This document shows, piece by piece, positions 47,330 through 57,728 of a DNA stretch of 64,000 nt. A program made the translations under genes and the position numbers. This DNA is from an uncultured Gemmatimonadales bacterium (GTDB taxonomy: Bacteria; Gemmatimonadota; Gemmatimonadetes; Gemmatimonadales; Gemmatimonadaceae): positions 1,376,001-1,440,000 of the forward strand of contig CAWBZV010000005.1 of assembly GCA_963793305.1 (NCBI GenBank). Reading direction: 5' to 3'. A model generated the notes under the pieces. The model was given only the letters and a program-made list of their open reading frames with translations. It was not told the origin of the DNA and searched no databases. The first letter of the stretch is position 1; each line of letters begins with the position of its first letter.

Positions 47330-48213
47330 TCTCCCTCGTAATCGATCGTTCGAGCGACCGTGGGCGTCGGCTGTCCCGACGCGCCACTCAATCGTTGCCG
47401 CCGCCGCCGCTCACGCCGCTCGCGTGCCGTCAGATCGTCGTCACCCTCTTCGTCGCCATACGCCGACCCGGTCGGGATACGATCGATGGATCCGAGGATC
47501 AGCGTCTTGACCAGGCCATAGAGCACGTACGTCATGCCGGCGGGGAAGAAGAACTGCCGGCCAAACTCCATGATACCGGTGACGCAGATGATCACCAGCA
47601 ACAGCCCACCAATGCCGCGCCAGGTCCGCACACCGATCTTGGGCATCGCGGGGTAGGGCGTGTGCGTCACCATGAGGATCGCCAGGCCGACCATGACGTA
47701 CTTCACCATCTCGTTCCACGGCATTCCGAACAGCCGCGCGTCGTAGAGCTTCGACTGGCTGAACCAATAATACGTCGCCAGCGTGCACCCCGCCGCCGGA
47801 CTCGGCAACCCGACGAAATGCGTCTTCTTCGTCCCGGCCTGCGTGACATTAAATCGCGCCAGCCGGATCACGGCGCACGCGCAGAATATGAACACCAGCA
47901 GCCACAGCGCCCCGCCTTCCTGCTGCAGCACCGAAAAATAAATAATCATCGCCGGCGCCAGCCCGAACGAGATCGCGTCGACCAGCGAATCCAACTCCTC
48001 GCCAAATCGACTTCCGGTTCCGGTCGCCCGCGCCACTCGACCATCGAACCCGTCGCAGATGCCGCCGAGCACGATCCACAAAACGGCGCGCGAGTACTCG
48101 CCGCGTGAGGCATTGACGATGGCGAAGATGCCAAAGAACAGATTCCCGATCGTGAACCCGTTGGGCAGGGCAGGCGCGGCCCGACGCATGTCCGCGCGTC
48201 GCAGCCGTCGCAT
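47326..48213 (-). CDS. pssA: CDP-diacylglycerol--serine O-phosphatidyltransferase
   Basis: PNGFT, DGFDGRVAR, FGEELDSLVD, RLARFN, FVGLPSP; start uncertain. Confidence 0.9.
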   Translation of the reverse strand: MRRLRRADMRRAAPALPNGFTIGNLFFGIFAIVNASRGEYSRAVLWIVLGGICDGFDGRVARATGTGSRFGEELDSLVDAISFGLAPAMIIYFSVLQQEGGALWLLVFIFCACAVIRLARFNVTQAGTKKTHFVGLPSPAAGCTLATYYWFSQSKLYDARLFGMPWNEMVKYVMVGLAILMVTHTPYPAMPKIGVRTWRGIGGLLLVIICVTGIMEFGRQFFFPAGMTYVLYGLVKTLILGSIDRIPTGSAYGDEEGDDDLTARERRERRRRQRLSGASGQPTPTVARTIDYEGE

Positions 48214-48234
48214 TCTTGGGCGGCCGGATAACCA

Positions 48235-48888
48235 TCACGGCAGCTCCGCCAACACCGTGGTCCCGGCGATGATCGATTGGCCGGTTTTGACTTTGATGGT
48301 GCTCCCTGGTGGGACGAAGACATTGACCCGGGACCCGAACCGAATAATTCCCAGGCGCGCGCCCTGCTCGACCTGGTCGCCAACGGCGCCGTACGTGACG
48401 ATGCGCCGCGCGATCAGCCCAGCGATCTGGCGAACGAGCAACCGATAGCGTCCCCCGGTCGACTCGATCCCGATCGACGACTGCTCGTTCTCCAGGCTCG
48501 CTTTCTCCATCGCCGCGTTCAAGAATTTCCCCGGATTGTAGTGGCGATAGACGACCGTCCCGCTGATCGGATACCGATTGACATGCACGTCGAACACGTT
48601 CATGAAAATCGAGATCCGCGTGGCTCGCCCATGCACGAATGTCGGCTCATCGACATTGGCGATCGCCTGCAGCCGCCCATCGGCCGGCGCCACCACGACC
48701 TTGTCGCCGCGCTCGCCGGCGCGTTCGGGGTCCCGAAAAAAGTACGGGACCCAGAGCGCCAGCAGCGCCAGCGCGAACGCGACCAGCCACAGGGCCCACG
48801 ACCGCATCGACAACGCCGCCACGAACGCGGCGAGCGCGATAATCGCCGCGATGCCGATAAAGACGTAACCCTCGCGAGCGAAGCTCAC
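48235..48888 (-). CDS. psd: Phosphatidylserine decarboxylase proenzyme
   Basis: [26 protein letters not shown] start overlaps the restored purC stop. Confidence 0.92.
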   Translation of the reverse strand: MSFAREGYVFIGIAAIIALAAFVAALSMRSWALWLVAFALALLALWVPYFFRDPERAGERGDKVVVAPADGRLQAIANVDEPTFVHGRATRISIFMNVFDVHVNRYPISGTVVYRHYNPGKFLNAAMEKASLENEQSSIGIESTGGRYRLLVRQIAGLIARRIVTYGAVGDQVEQGARLGIIRFGSRVNVFVPPGSTIKVKTGQSIIAGTTVLAELP

Positions 48889-49788
48889 GAGAGCGCCGAT
48901 CCGGTGATGCGCCGATACGCGTCGAGATACCGCTCGCTCGTCGCGGCGACGACGTTCCGGGGGCAGGGTCGGCGGGGGCGAGTCCCCAGCCTTTTTCTCT
49001 CGCTCCAGATAGTCCCTGAGCGGCTGCTTGTCGAAACTCTCCTGTGCCCGTCCGGCCTGATATCGATCCGCCGGCCAAAATCGCGAGCTATCGGGCGTCA
49101 GCACCTCGTCGATCAACAGAATGCGCCCGTCTCGCTCGCCGAACTCGAACTTGGTGTCCGCAACGATGATCCCTCGCTCCGCCGCCCGATCCCGGCCCCG
49201 GGCGTAGATCCGCTGCGACAGATGCTCCAACTCGCCCGCGACTTCGTCACCGACGGCTGCCGCCACGTCCCGTTTCGTGATGTTCTCGTCGTGCCCAGTC
49301 TCGGCCTTGGACGCGGGACTAAAGATGGGCGGGTCCAACCGAGCGCTCTCGGTAAGCCCGGCCGGCAGTGGCTCGCCAGCGAGTGTCCCACGTTGCCGAT
49401 ACTCTTTCCAAGCCGATCCCGCGATGTACCCACGCACCACGCACTCGATGGGAAAGACCGTGGTTCGTTTCACGAGCATGGCCCGCTGGTGGAGCAACTC
49501 GCGATATCCGGCGAGCCGCGGAGCGGCCGCCGAGATACTATCGACATCCGAAGCGATCATGTGATGCTCGACGATGTCGCCGAGTTGCCGTAGCCACCAC
49601 GCGGTGAGCTGTGTCAGCACCGCCCCCTTGCGCGGAATGGCTTCGCGCATGACGACGTTGAACGCGCTCACCCGATCAGTCGCGACGATGAGCAACCGAT
49701 CGGCGTCGACCGCGTACACGTCCCGAACTTTCCCGCGTCGGACCAGTTCGAGGGGAAGATCTGTAGAGCGCAGGGCGGCTGTCGTCAT
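48885..49788 (-). CDS. purC: SAICAR synthase (frameshift near 48955)
   Basis: [29 protein letters not shown]; true C-terminus [15 protein letters not shown] in another frame. Confidence 0.93.
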
Positions 49789-51224
49789 ACGCGGAGATCC
49801 TGCTCCTCGTGGAAGACCTCATCGTCGACGCCGACCAACAGCGGCTGCACGACATGCGCCAGGAACTCGTCGACCTGCTCGGGCGCCCGCCCGATAAACC
49901 GCCGCGGATCGCCGAGGTCGGCGGCCATCTGCCGCGTCACGCCCGACGCCTTGTCGCCGGCCAGCCGCTCGAACAGATCGTTCTGTCCCCCATTTGCCAC
50001 CTGCGCCTGGGAGGCCATACTGTGCTTGCGGATCGTCTCGTGCACGTCTTGCCGGTCGCCACCGGCTCTGACGGCCGCGACAATGATCTCCTCGGTTGCC
50101 ATGAACGGAATCTCGTCCTCGAGCCGCCGCCGAATGCGGGCCGGATGCACCTGCAATCCCCGGGCGACGTTGCGCATCAAGATCAGAATCGCGTCCGTCG
50201 CCAGGAACGCTTCCGGGATCACCAGCCGACGATTGGCGCTGTCATCGAGCGTGCGCTCGAAGTACTGCACGCTGTGCGTCTGGTTCGCGTTCGGCTCGAG
50301 CGACAGCACGAATCTCGCGAGCGACGCGATCCGCTCGGATCGCATCGGGTTGCGCTTGTACGCCATGGCGGACGAGCCCACCTGCTCGCGCTCGAACGGC
50401 TCCTCGATCTCGCCGAACGCCTGGAGCATCCGAATATCGCTCGAGAATTTCGCGGCGCTGGCCACAATGCCCGCCAGGACCCCCAGGACCTTCGCGTCCA
50501 GCTTCCGCGTGTAGGTCTGACCGGTGACCGGCAGCGACCGCCCGCTGAATCCCATGCACTCCGAGACGCGCCGGTCCAATTCCTTGACCTTGTCCTGGTC
50601 GCCATCGAACAGGCGCAGAAAGCTCGCCTGCGTGCCCGTGGTCCCCTTGATGCCGCGAAACGGGAGCGTCTCGTCCAAGTACTCGAGGTCGCGGAAGTCG
50701 AGCACCAGATCTTCCATCCACAGGGTCGCCCGCTTCCCGACGGTCGTCGGCTGCGCGGGCTGGAGATGCGTGTAGCCGAGCGTCGGCTCGTCTTTCCACT
50801 CGCGGGCGAAGCGGGCCAGCACGCCCAGCACCCGCACCAGCTTGTCCCGCAAGATGCGCAGCCCGTCGCGCATCAAGATGAGATCGGCGTTGTCCGTGAT
50901 GTCGGCGCTCGTTGCGCCAAGATGGATGTACGGACGGGCGATCGGTGCGACATCGCCAAACGCCCGAACGTGAGCCATGACATCGTGCCGCGTCACGCGC
51001 TCATACTCGGCGACCCGCGCGAAATCGATGTCGTCGAGATGCTGGGACATCTCTTTCACGGCGGCGAGCGGGACATCCGCCCCCAGCTCGTACTCCGCCT
51101 CGGCCAACGCATGCCAGATGCGTCGCCACGTGGCGTGTCGGCGTTGCGGTGACCAGAGCGCGAGCATCTCCCCGGAGGCATACCGCTCGGCCAATGGGGA
51201 GCTATAGAAATCGCGCTCGGTCAT
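49785..51224 (-). CDS. purB: Adenylosuccinate lyase
   Basis: [25 protein letters not shown]. Confidence 0.96.
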   Translation of the reverse strand: MTERDFYSSPLAERYASGEMLALWSPQRRHATWRRIWHALAEAEYELGADVPLAAVKEMSQHLDDIDFARVAEYERVTRHDVMAHVRAFGDVAPIARPYIHLGATSADITDNADLILMRDGLRILRDKLVRVLGVLARFAREWKDEPTLGYTHLQPAQPTTVGKRATLWMEDLVLDFRDLEYLDETLPFRGIKGTTGTQASFLRLFDGDQDKVKELDRRVSECMGFSGRSLPVTGQTYTRKLDAKVLGVLAGIVASAAKFSSDIRMLQAFGEIEEPFEREQVGSSAMAYKRNPMRSERIASLARFVLSLEPNANQTHSVQYFERTLDDSANRRLVIPEAFLATDAILILMRNVARGLQVHPARIRRRLEDEIPFMATEEIIVAAVRAGGDRQDVHETIRKHSMASQAQVANGGQNDLFERLAGDKASGVTRQMAADLGDPRRFIGRAPEQVDEFLAHVVQPLLVGVDDEVFHEEQDLRV

Positions 51225-51230
51225 GTCGCG

Positions 51231-52586
51231 TTATTGGATGCTGAAATCAGTGGAGAACACCTGGCCGCTTCGCTCGAAGAACATGCGAATCGGCCCACGG
51301 CCACCATAGTAATTTAACGCCTTCGCCGCCTCATCCGCGCTGGTGATCGGCGTTCGGTTGATTTGTACGATCACGTCGCCGGTCTGGATGCCGAGATCCT
51401 CGGCCACACGGTCGCTCAGCTTGTAGATGACCGCGCCGTGCTCGCTGCGGATGCCGCGCTCCGACCGAATGGCCGGCGTCAGCGTCACCAGTTCCAGCTC
51501 CCGCAACACCTCGACTTTCTGGGCGCTCACCTCTGGTAGGTCGCCAACGGTCACCGTGACCGGTATTTCCCGCGCGCCGCGCTTGACCGTCAACACGACT
51601 GCCTGGCCAACGCGGAGGTCGAGGAGGAGCGCTTCCCAGTCGTAGGGGTTCCGCAACGACCGCGTCCCGGCTTTCTCGATGACATCGCCCGGTTGGAGTC
51701 CGGCGGAGGCAGCCGGTGACCCTGGGACGATAGTGCGAATGACGACACCCGAATTGAGCGCGTCCCTGGGGTTGTTCGTCTCGGGCAACTTGAGCTTGAT
51801 CCCGACCCACGGGCGCCGCACGCTGCCGTGGGCCAGGAGATCGTCGGCGACTCGCTTGACCCGGTTGATGGGGATCGCGAACCCGAGCCCGACGGACCCG
51901 CCGCTGGGCGAATAGATCGAGCTGTTCACGCCAATGACATCGCCGACGGCATTGACCAACGGTCCCCCGGAATTCCCGGGGTTGATGGCGGCGTCCGTCT
52001 GGATCATGTCGACATAGACGCCATTGCCCTCGGCCTGGCCGACCAGATTCCGTCCCACGCCGCTCACGACGCCGACGGTGACGCTGGGCTCTGGATTCCC
52101 GAGGTAGAACCCGTAGGGGTTCCCGATCGCGATCGCCCACTCGCCGATCAAGAGGTCGTCCGACGACCCGAGTGGAGCGACCGGAAGGCCGGTCGCGGGG
52201 ATCTTGACCACGGCGAGATCATTGACCTCGTCTACCCCGAGCACCTTCGCGACGTAGCTCGTTCCGTCGCGCAGCGCGACCGAGACCTGCGATGCGCCGG
52301 CCACCACGTGGGCGTTCGTGACGATGACCCCATCGCTCCGAATGACAAACCCGGTCCCGAGCCCCGGGACTTTCTGTTGGGCATTCCCGCCGAAAAACGC
52401 ATCAAACGGATCGTTCGAACGTTCGACGACCTCGGTCTGGATCGTCACGACCGATGGCGACACTCTCGCCACGGCGTCTGTGATGGCTGTTTTCCTGACC
52501 CCAGCCGCTGGTGGGGCCGAACGAATGGTCTGCGCGTCACCGCCAGTGCAACCAGCCAACGCACACACCAGCAGGAGTCGTCTCAT
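51231..52586 (-). CDS. HtrA/DegP-like serine protease with two PDZ domains (probable lipoprotein)
   Basis: TNAHVV, DLAV, INPGNSGGPL; LAGC lipobox. Confidence 0.93.
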   Translation of the reverse strand: MRRLLLVCALAGCTGGDAQTIRSAPPAAGVRKTAITDAVARVSPSVVTIQTEVVERSNDPFDAFFGGNAQQKVPGLGTGFVIRSDGVIVTNAHVVAGASQVSVALRDGTSYVAKVLGVDEVNDLAVVKIPATGLPVAPLGSSDDLLIGEWAIAIGNPYGFYLGNPEPSVTVGVVSGVGRNLVGQAEGNGVYVDMIQTDAAINPGNSGGPLVNAVGDVIGVNSSIYSPSGGSVGLGFAIPINRVKRVADDLLAHGSVRRPWVGIKLKLPETNNPRDALNSGVVIRTIVPGSPAASAGLQPGDVIEKAGTRSLRNPYDWEALLLDLRVGQAVVLTVKRGAREIPVTVTVGDLPEVSAQKVEVLRELELVTLTPAIRSERGIRSEHGAVIYKLSDRVAEDLGIQTGDVIVQINRTPITSADEAAKALNYYGGRGPIRMFFERSGQVFSTDFSIQ

Positions 52587-53236
52587 GTCTCGGCGCCGAT
52601 CTCCGCCAAGAACCGATCCACGCCGCGATCTGTGAGTGGATTGACCAACAAGGCGTGCAAGAGCTGTGGCTCGACCGCCAGGATGTCCGCTCCAGCGCGA
52701 GCGCAACGCCCAAACTGCGCGGGCCCTCGCGGACACCAGGCCATGACATCGCACTCGAACCCGTGCTGGAGCAACAGCGACGTCGTCTCGCGAACGACGT
52801 CCGCGCCATCGATGCCATAGAGGTCGAGATGATCGATCCCGATGCTGACCACCGAGGCCCCGGCCTTTGCGGCCAACGCGGCCTGTGCGGTCGTATACAC
52901 GAGGGTGGCCGTGACCTTGATCCCGTCCGCGCGCAGGCGCCGCAAGGCGCCGAGCGTATCCTCGACGAGCGGCACGGCAACGACGATCTGCTCGCTGAGC
53001 TTCGCCAGTTCGCGGCCGAGTCGATACGCCTCTGCGCCATCGACGGATTCGACGGCGGCGCACACGGGCACGGATACGGTGCCGCAGATCGCCGTCAAGA
53101 TGTCCTTCGGCTCGCGCCCAGACGCCTCGCTCTCGCGCGCCAGAATCGCGGGCGATGCGACGACGCCATCGAGAAATCCACACTCGCTCGCCCAGCCGAT
53201 TTCCTGGGCGTCCGCGGTCGCCAGATAGATCTTCAT
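52583..53236 (-). CDS. Transaldolase/FSA-family protein lacking catalytic residues
   Basis: Length and pattern match TalC/FSA (AQAALAAKAGA, PLTDRG), but VKIP reads VAVP and TTNP reads VASP. Confidence 0.8.
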   Translation of the reverse strand: MKIYLATADAQEIGWASECGFLDGVVASPAILARESEASGREPKDILTAICGTVSVPVCAAVESVDGAEAYRLGRELAKLSEQIVVAVPLVEDTLGALRRLRADGIKVTATLVYTTAQAALAAKAGASVVSIGIDHLDLYGIDGADVVRETTSLLLQHGFECDVMAWCPRGPAQFGRCARAGADILAVEPQLLHALLVNPLTDRGVDRFLAEIGAET

Positions 53237-54012
53237 AAGTTCACGTAAAGGTCAGCCGGATACGTCACGCGCTCCAGCACGAGCGCGTGCGCGGGCGCCG
53301 GGGCCGAGGTGTCGCTGTTGTCCTGTGCCGTCAGCAGCCGCGCCACGTCGCCCGGGTCTCGTCGTCCTCTCGCCGCATCGACCATCGTTCCCACGAGAAA
53401 GCGCACCATGTGGTGCAGAAACCGATTGGCCTCGATCTCGAAAATTATGGCGCCACCGTCGCCGGCGTCACACCAGTGCGCCTCGGCGATGTCGCATCGA
53501 TGGTCGTCGGTGTCGGGCGCGGTCCCCCGCACGGCGTACGCCCTGAAGCAATGCTCGCCTCGTATCGCGTCGGCGGCGTCCCGCAGAACGGCGCCGTCGA
53601 GCCGATCCTCCACGTACCACTCATAGCGCTGTCGGAACGGCGACCGCAATGTCTCCGCAATCCCCACACGATACGAGTATCGTCTCGCCACCGCGCTATA
53701 CCGGGCGTGGAACTCGGGCGCCATGTCATATGCCGCGGCAACCCAAACCTCCTCAGGGAGGATCGCGTTGAGTGCGCGTCGGAGACGGGCGGCCGACCAA
53801 GACTCGGGGACGACCGCGCCGACCGACTGGCCGCGAGCGTGCACGCCCGCGTCGGTGCGGCCTGCGCCAATGGCCTTCGTCTCTCGGTTACACAACCGGG
53901 TGAGCGCTGCCTCGAGCACGCCTTGCACGGTGCGCGTCTCAGGCTGCCGCTGCCACCCCGCGAAGCCGGCTCCGTCGTAGTGCAGCACGAGCTGGACCGT
54001 GTGCTCCGCCAT
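53233..54012 (-). CDS. truA: tRNA pseudouridine(38-40) synthase
   Basis: YDGAGFAGWQRQ, AGRTDAGVHA, FHARYSA, FLHHMVR. Confidence 0.96.
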   Translation of the reverse strand: MAEHTVQLVLHYDGAGFAGWQRQPETRTVQGVLEAALTRLCNRETKAIGAGRTDAGVHARGQSVGAVVPESWSAARLRRALNAILPEEVWVAAAYDMAPEFHARYSAVARRYSYRVGIAETLRSPFRQRYEWYVEDRLDGAVLRDAADAIRGEHCFRAYAVRGTAPDTDDHRCDIAEAHWCDAGDGGAIIFEIEANRFLHHMVRFLVGTMVDAARGRRDPGDVARLLTAQDNSDTSAPAPAHALVLERVTYPADLYVNL

Positions 54013-54050
54013 GGGGAAAGCTAATCCGAGCGTGCTGACCGCTGCAAAGG

Positions 54051-54434
54051 TCAGCGGCGAATCAGCAGCACCTGCAAGCCCGAGAGCTGTCCCGTGATGG
54101 TGTCTCCGGCCGGATTCATCCGGCCGACAAAAACGCCATTGTCGACGAAACCGTTCTGGCCGAGAGACACGTTCACGCTGTCGCCGAACGCCGACCCCGT
54201 GAGTGGTCCCTGGTATTGGATCCCGACCACGGCGGTCTGCGACGCCACCCAGGTCCCGGTGACGGTCGACTGCGTCTGCTGGAGGCTGAACGTGAGACCA
54301 TAGCTGTCGCCCGTGAACGCGGGCTGGACGCCTCCCGCCCAGGTGCCAGTCACACTGGGCGCCTTGGGGCCGGTCGACTCGCACGCCGACAGTAGGGTGA
54401 CGCCCATCACCAAGCCGATCGCCGCGCCGCGCAT
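54051..54434 (-). CDS. Hypothetical lipoprotein
   Basis: LSAC lipobox, ESTGP, VTGTWAG beta-rich repeat. Confidence 0.7.
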   Translation of the reverse strand: MRGAAIGLVMGVTLLSACESTGPKAPSVTGTWAGGVQPAFTGDSYGLTFSLQQTQSTVTGTWVASQTAVVGIQYQGPLTGSAFGDSVNVSLGQNGFVDNGVFVGRMNPAGDTITGQLSGLQVLLIRR

Positions 54435-54518
54435 ACAGCCCTCGCGTTGGGAACCACCGAATGGTAAGCCTCGATGCGGCGTTGTGCCCGCCGCGCGCCC
54501 CCACTCGTCGCTCTACGC

Positions 54519-55826
54519 ATGGCCCCTCGAACCCTCCAGTCCCTGGCGCATGCCCTCGCAAGCGCGCCCGACCTCGACGCGGCCCTCGTCGCGTTGGGCG
54601 AGGGACTGGCGGAGGTCGACCGGACTGCCTACGTGGCCCTGCTGCGCTACGACGGCCGCAGGGAGATGATCGTCGACCGCCTGACGCCGACCGGCGGGAC
54701 GGTCGGTCGCACCATGGTCGAGACGACGTTCGACCATCTCTCGGCCCCGGTGCGCCATGGCGTCTCCCAGGGGGCCGAATTCGTCGACCTCGGCGACCAG
54801 TCGCAGGAGTACGCGCGGCTGTTCGGGATGATGCCGTTCGCGGACGGTGGGATGCTCGCCCTGCGCGGCATCCGGTTCGACGGGTACCTGGCGGCGGTCG
54901 TCGCCCTCTACGAGTCCAAGAAAATCTTCGGCACCCGCGCGTCCGAGCGCTTCGCGCCGTTCGTCGCCCTCTTCGAGCTGGGGTTCGCGCGGTTCGCCGA
55001 GCGCGAAGCGCGCGACGAGGCGGTACGGCACGTCGAAGACGTGACCCACCGCGTGCACGGCGAGTACGTCAAGAAGCTAGCCGCCCTCGAGCGACGGCTC
55101 GCGAAGCAGGGACCGAGCTCGGAACAAACGGCAAGCCGGTTGATCGAGCTGGAAGCCGAAATCGCGCGGGCGAACGAGGAAACACGCCTGGCGGGGAAGC
55201 GCGCCGAGGAGCTGGAGCAACAAGTCGCTGGTGCCACGCCGAAGTTCGAGCAGATGCAGGGTGAGCTGCACCGGCGCAGCGAGTTGCTTCGCCAGAAGAC
55301 CCGCACGCTGTACCTGATCGACAAAGTCCTGACGCTGGACAACATGGCGACCGATCCGCGGAAGCTGATCGATGGCCTCCTCGCGCTGGTCGGCGATGAC
55401 ATGGCAGCCCAGCGCTGCTCCCTGATGCTGATGGCCCCGGAGCCGGGCTACCTGTACCTGGCCGCCGCGCGTGGACTGGCGCCCCATATAGTCGAGGGAT
55501 CCAGGATCGCGATCGGCGAGGGCGTCGCCGGCCGCGTGGCGGCGTCCCGTGAGCCGATCCTCGTTCAGGATGTCGAGGCCGCCCAGGCCCACCCGCTCTT
55601 GCGCGACCAGTACTTTACGACCGGGTCTTTCATCTCCTTTCCATTGATCTACCACGATACCCTGGTCGGCGTGGTGAACCTGACGAATCGCGCACAGCGC
55701 GGCGTGTTCATCGAAGAGGACGTGGAGCGCGTGCGCCTGCTCGGCCTCGTGATCTCCTTGGTCGTCTCGCACGCGCGCTTCGTTGAACGACCGGCCCCGG
55801 CCCCCGGAGCACTGGTTGCCAACTGA
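54519..55826 (+). CDS. GAF-domain protein (GAF-like, coiled coil, GAF)
   Basis: C-terminal GEGVAGRVA...SFISFPL...VGVVNL; central heptad-rich region. Confidence 0.8.
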   Translation: MAPRTLQSLAHALASAPDLDAALVALGEGLAEVDRTAYVALLRYDGRREMIVDRLTPTGGTVGRTMVETTFDHLSAPVRHGVSQGAEFVDLGDQSQEYARLFGMMPFADGGMLALRGIRFDGYLAAVVALYESKKIFGTRASERFAPFVALFELGFARFAEREARDEAVRHVEDVTHRVHGEYVKKLAALERRLAKQGPSSEQTASRLIELEAEIARANEETRLAGKRAEELEQQVAGATPKFEQMQGELHRRSELLRQKTRTLYLIDKVLTLDNMATDPRKLIDGLLALVGDDMAAQRCSLMLMAPEPGYLYLAAARGLAPHIVEGSRIAIGEGVAGRVAASREPILVQDVEAAQAHPLLRDQYFTTGSFISFPLIYHDTLVGVVNLTNRAQRGVFIEEDVERVRLLGLVISLVVSHARFVERPAPAPGALVAN

Positions 55827-56850
55827 GGCCCTGCGCGACGCGCTCCGAGCGCTCGCGCACGGCCGATCGCTCTCCGCTCCCTCGGTCCGGGAAGCGTTCG
55901 GCGTGATCATGCGCGGCGAGTCGACACCGGCGCAGACGGCGGCGCTGTTGATGGGACTCCGCGTCCGGGGCGAAACGCCGGACGAGCTGGCGGGCGCCGT
56001 GCAAGCGCTTCGCGACGCGATGATCCAGCTGCCGCACGCGGCCCCCGACACACTCGTCGACACCTGTGGGACGGGCGGCGGCGTCGTGTCGACGTTCAAC
56101 ATCTCGACTGCCGCGGCATTCGTGGCTGCCGCTGCCGGCGTCCGCGTCGCCAAGCACGGCAACCGCTCATACACCTCGCGCTGCGGCAGCGCCGACGTGC
56201 TCGAAGCGCTCGGTGTTCCGCTCGAAGCGCCACTCGAGACGATGGCGGCCGTGCTGGCCGAGTCGGGCATCGTGTTCATGTTCGCACCACGAATGCATCC
56301 GGCAATGCGACACGTCGGCCCGGTGCGCCGCGAGCTGGGGGTTCCGACGATCATGAACCTCGTCGGCCCGCTCGCCAATCCCGCGGGCGCAACGCGACAA
56401 GTCATCGGCGTCGGCGACCCCGAGCGCCTGCCCCTCGTCGCCAAGGCCGCCCTCGCGCTCGGCTTCTCCCGCGCGCTCGTCGTCCATGGCGCTCCAGGCC
56501 TCGATGAGATCTCTCCACTCGGCGTCACCCGCGTGTTGGAAGTCCGCGACGGCGCCTTACGCGACTGGGAGATTCGTCCGGCGGACCACAACCTCACCGG
56601 CCCGGCTTCCCATCTGGCATGCGGCGACCCCGAAGACAACGCGCTGATCATCCGCGAGGTACTGAGCGGCCGCGGCCCCGCGGGTGCGCGCGCCGCCGTT
56701 GCACTCAACGCCGGGGCGGCGATGTACGTGGCCGGCCTGGCGGACACCTACGCCGAGAGCGTCTCACGCGCGACAACGACGCTGGACTCAGGCGCTGGAC
56801 TTGCCGCCCTCGACCGCATGCTTGCGGCCTACGGGTCAGCGAAGCCTTGA
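55783..56850 (+). CDS. trpD: Anthranilate phosphoribosyltransferase
   Basis: DTCGTGG, FNIST, KHGNRS, GSADVLE, GLDE. Confidence 0.95.
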   Translation: MNDRPRPPEHWLPTEALRDALRALAHGRSLSAPSVREAFGVIMRGESTPAQTAALLMGLRVRGETPDELAGAVQALRDAMIQLPHAAPDTLVDTCGTGGGVVSTFNISTAAAFVAAAAGVRVAKHGNRSYTSRCGSADVLEALGVPLEAPLETMAAVLAESGIVFMFAPRMHPAMRHVGPVRRELGVPTIMNLVGPLANPAGATRQVIGVGDPERLPLVAKAALALGFSRALVVHGAPGLDEISPLGVTRVLEVRDGALRDWEIRPADHNLTGPASHLACGDPEDNALIIREVLSGRGPAGARAAVALNAGAAMYVAGLADTYAESVSRATTTLDSGAGLAALDRMLAAYGSAKP

Positions 56851-56854
56851 TGCT

Positions 56855-57052
56855 ATGAGCCGCGCCAAGATCATCGTCGGGACGCTCATGCTGTTCTGCG
56901 GCCTGGCAATGGTTGCGCTCAGGATCAGCATCACCCGCCAACCGAACGGCGACGCCTACGGCATCGTTCTCGGCGGCACTGAGCACATCGCGCTCGGGCT
57001 GCTGCTGGCTCTAGCCGGCGGGTTAATCCTGGCTACGGCCAGGCGCGGTTAG
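56855..57052 (+). CDS. Small two-TM hypothetical protein
   Basis: Two hydrophobic helices; fills the trpD-lexA gap. Confidence 0.5.
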   Translation: MSRAKIIVGTLMLFCGLAMVALRISITRQPNGDAYGIVLGGTEHIALGLLLALAGGLILATARRG

Positions 57053-57657
57053 TAGCGCCGCAGCACCCCGACGACGACGCCTTGAATTGAGATGTCGTTC
57101 TCGTGGACGTAAATCGGCGACATGGTCTCATTCGCCGGCTGCAGCCGAATGCGCCCGTCGCGCTCGCGATAGAACTTCTTGACGGTCGCCGAGGCCCCGC
57201 TGAGCATGGCGATGACCATTTCGCCGTTGTCGGCACTTTGCCGCTCGTTGACGACAACGAAATCGCCGTCGCGGATCTGCTCGTCGATCATCGAGTTTCC
57301 ACGAACGCGCAGCACATAGTGCTGCCCATTGCGCCGGACGAAGTCCTCGGGCACCGATACGTGCTCATCCACGGCGATGGACTCGATCGGCACGCCGGCT
57401 GCGACCTGGCCCAGCAGAGGTAGCTCGATCGCCCGAGGGAACGCCTCCGACGGCAGAATCTCGATCGCCCGGCTCTCGTTGTAATTGCGCTTGATGTAGC
57501 CTTTGCGCTCCAGATTGCTCAGGTGCTCATGCACCGTGGCCAACGAGTTATAGTTGAACTGCGAGGCGATCTCCTCGAAGCTCGGCGCGTATCCGTTGGC
57601 CTCGGTATAGCTCGTCAGAAAGGTCAGAATCTCGCGCTGCCGTTTCGTGAGCGGCAT
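57049..57657 (-). CDS. lexA: SOS repressor LexA
   Basis: LTKRQ winged HTH, VAAG cleavage site, GNSM Ser, TVKK Lys. Confidence 0.97.
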   Translation of the reverse strand: MPLTKRQREILTFLTSYTEANGYAPSFEEIASQFNYNSLATVHEHLSNLERKGYIKRNYNESRAIEILPSEAFPRAIELPLLGQVAAGVPIESIAVDEHVSVPEDFVRRNGQHYVLRVRGNSMIDEQIRDGDFVVVNERQSADNGEMVIAMLSGASATVKKFYRERDGRIRLQPANETMSPIYVHENDISIQGVVVGVLRRY

Positions 57658-57679
57658 GGCTATCCTCGCATGATGTATA

Positions 57680-57728
57680 GTTCCCGAACAGCTTCCGAAC
57701 CAACACTTTAGCCGAATATCGCCCGAAG
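57680..57728. promoter_or_regulatory. Putative LexA operators (direct repeats)
   Basis: GAAC-N7-GAAC at 57686-57700 and GAAT-N7-GAAG at 57714-57728, in the lexA/trpC divergent gap. Confidence 0.6.

Noticed and set aside
48235..49788. Apparent PurC-Psd fusion (517 aa ORF)
   Set aside because: One extra base near 48955. The normal PurC C-terminus and stop lie in another frame, overlapping the psd GTG.
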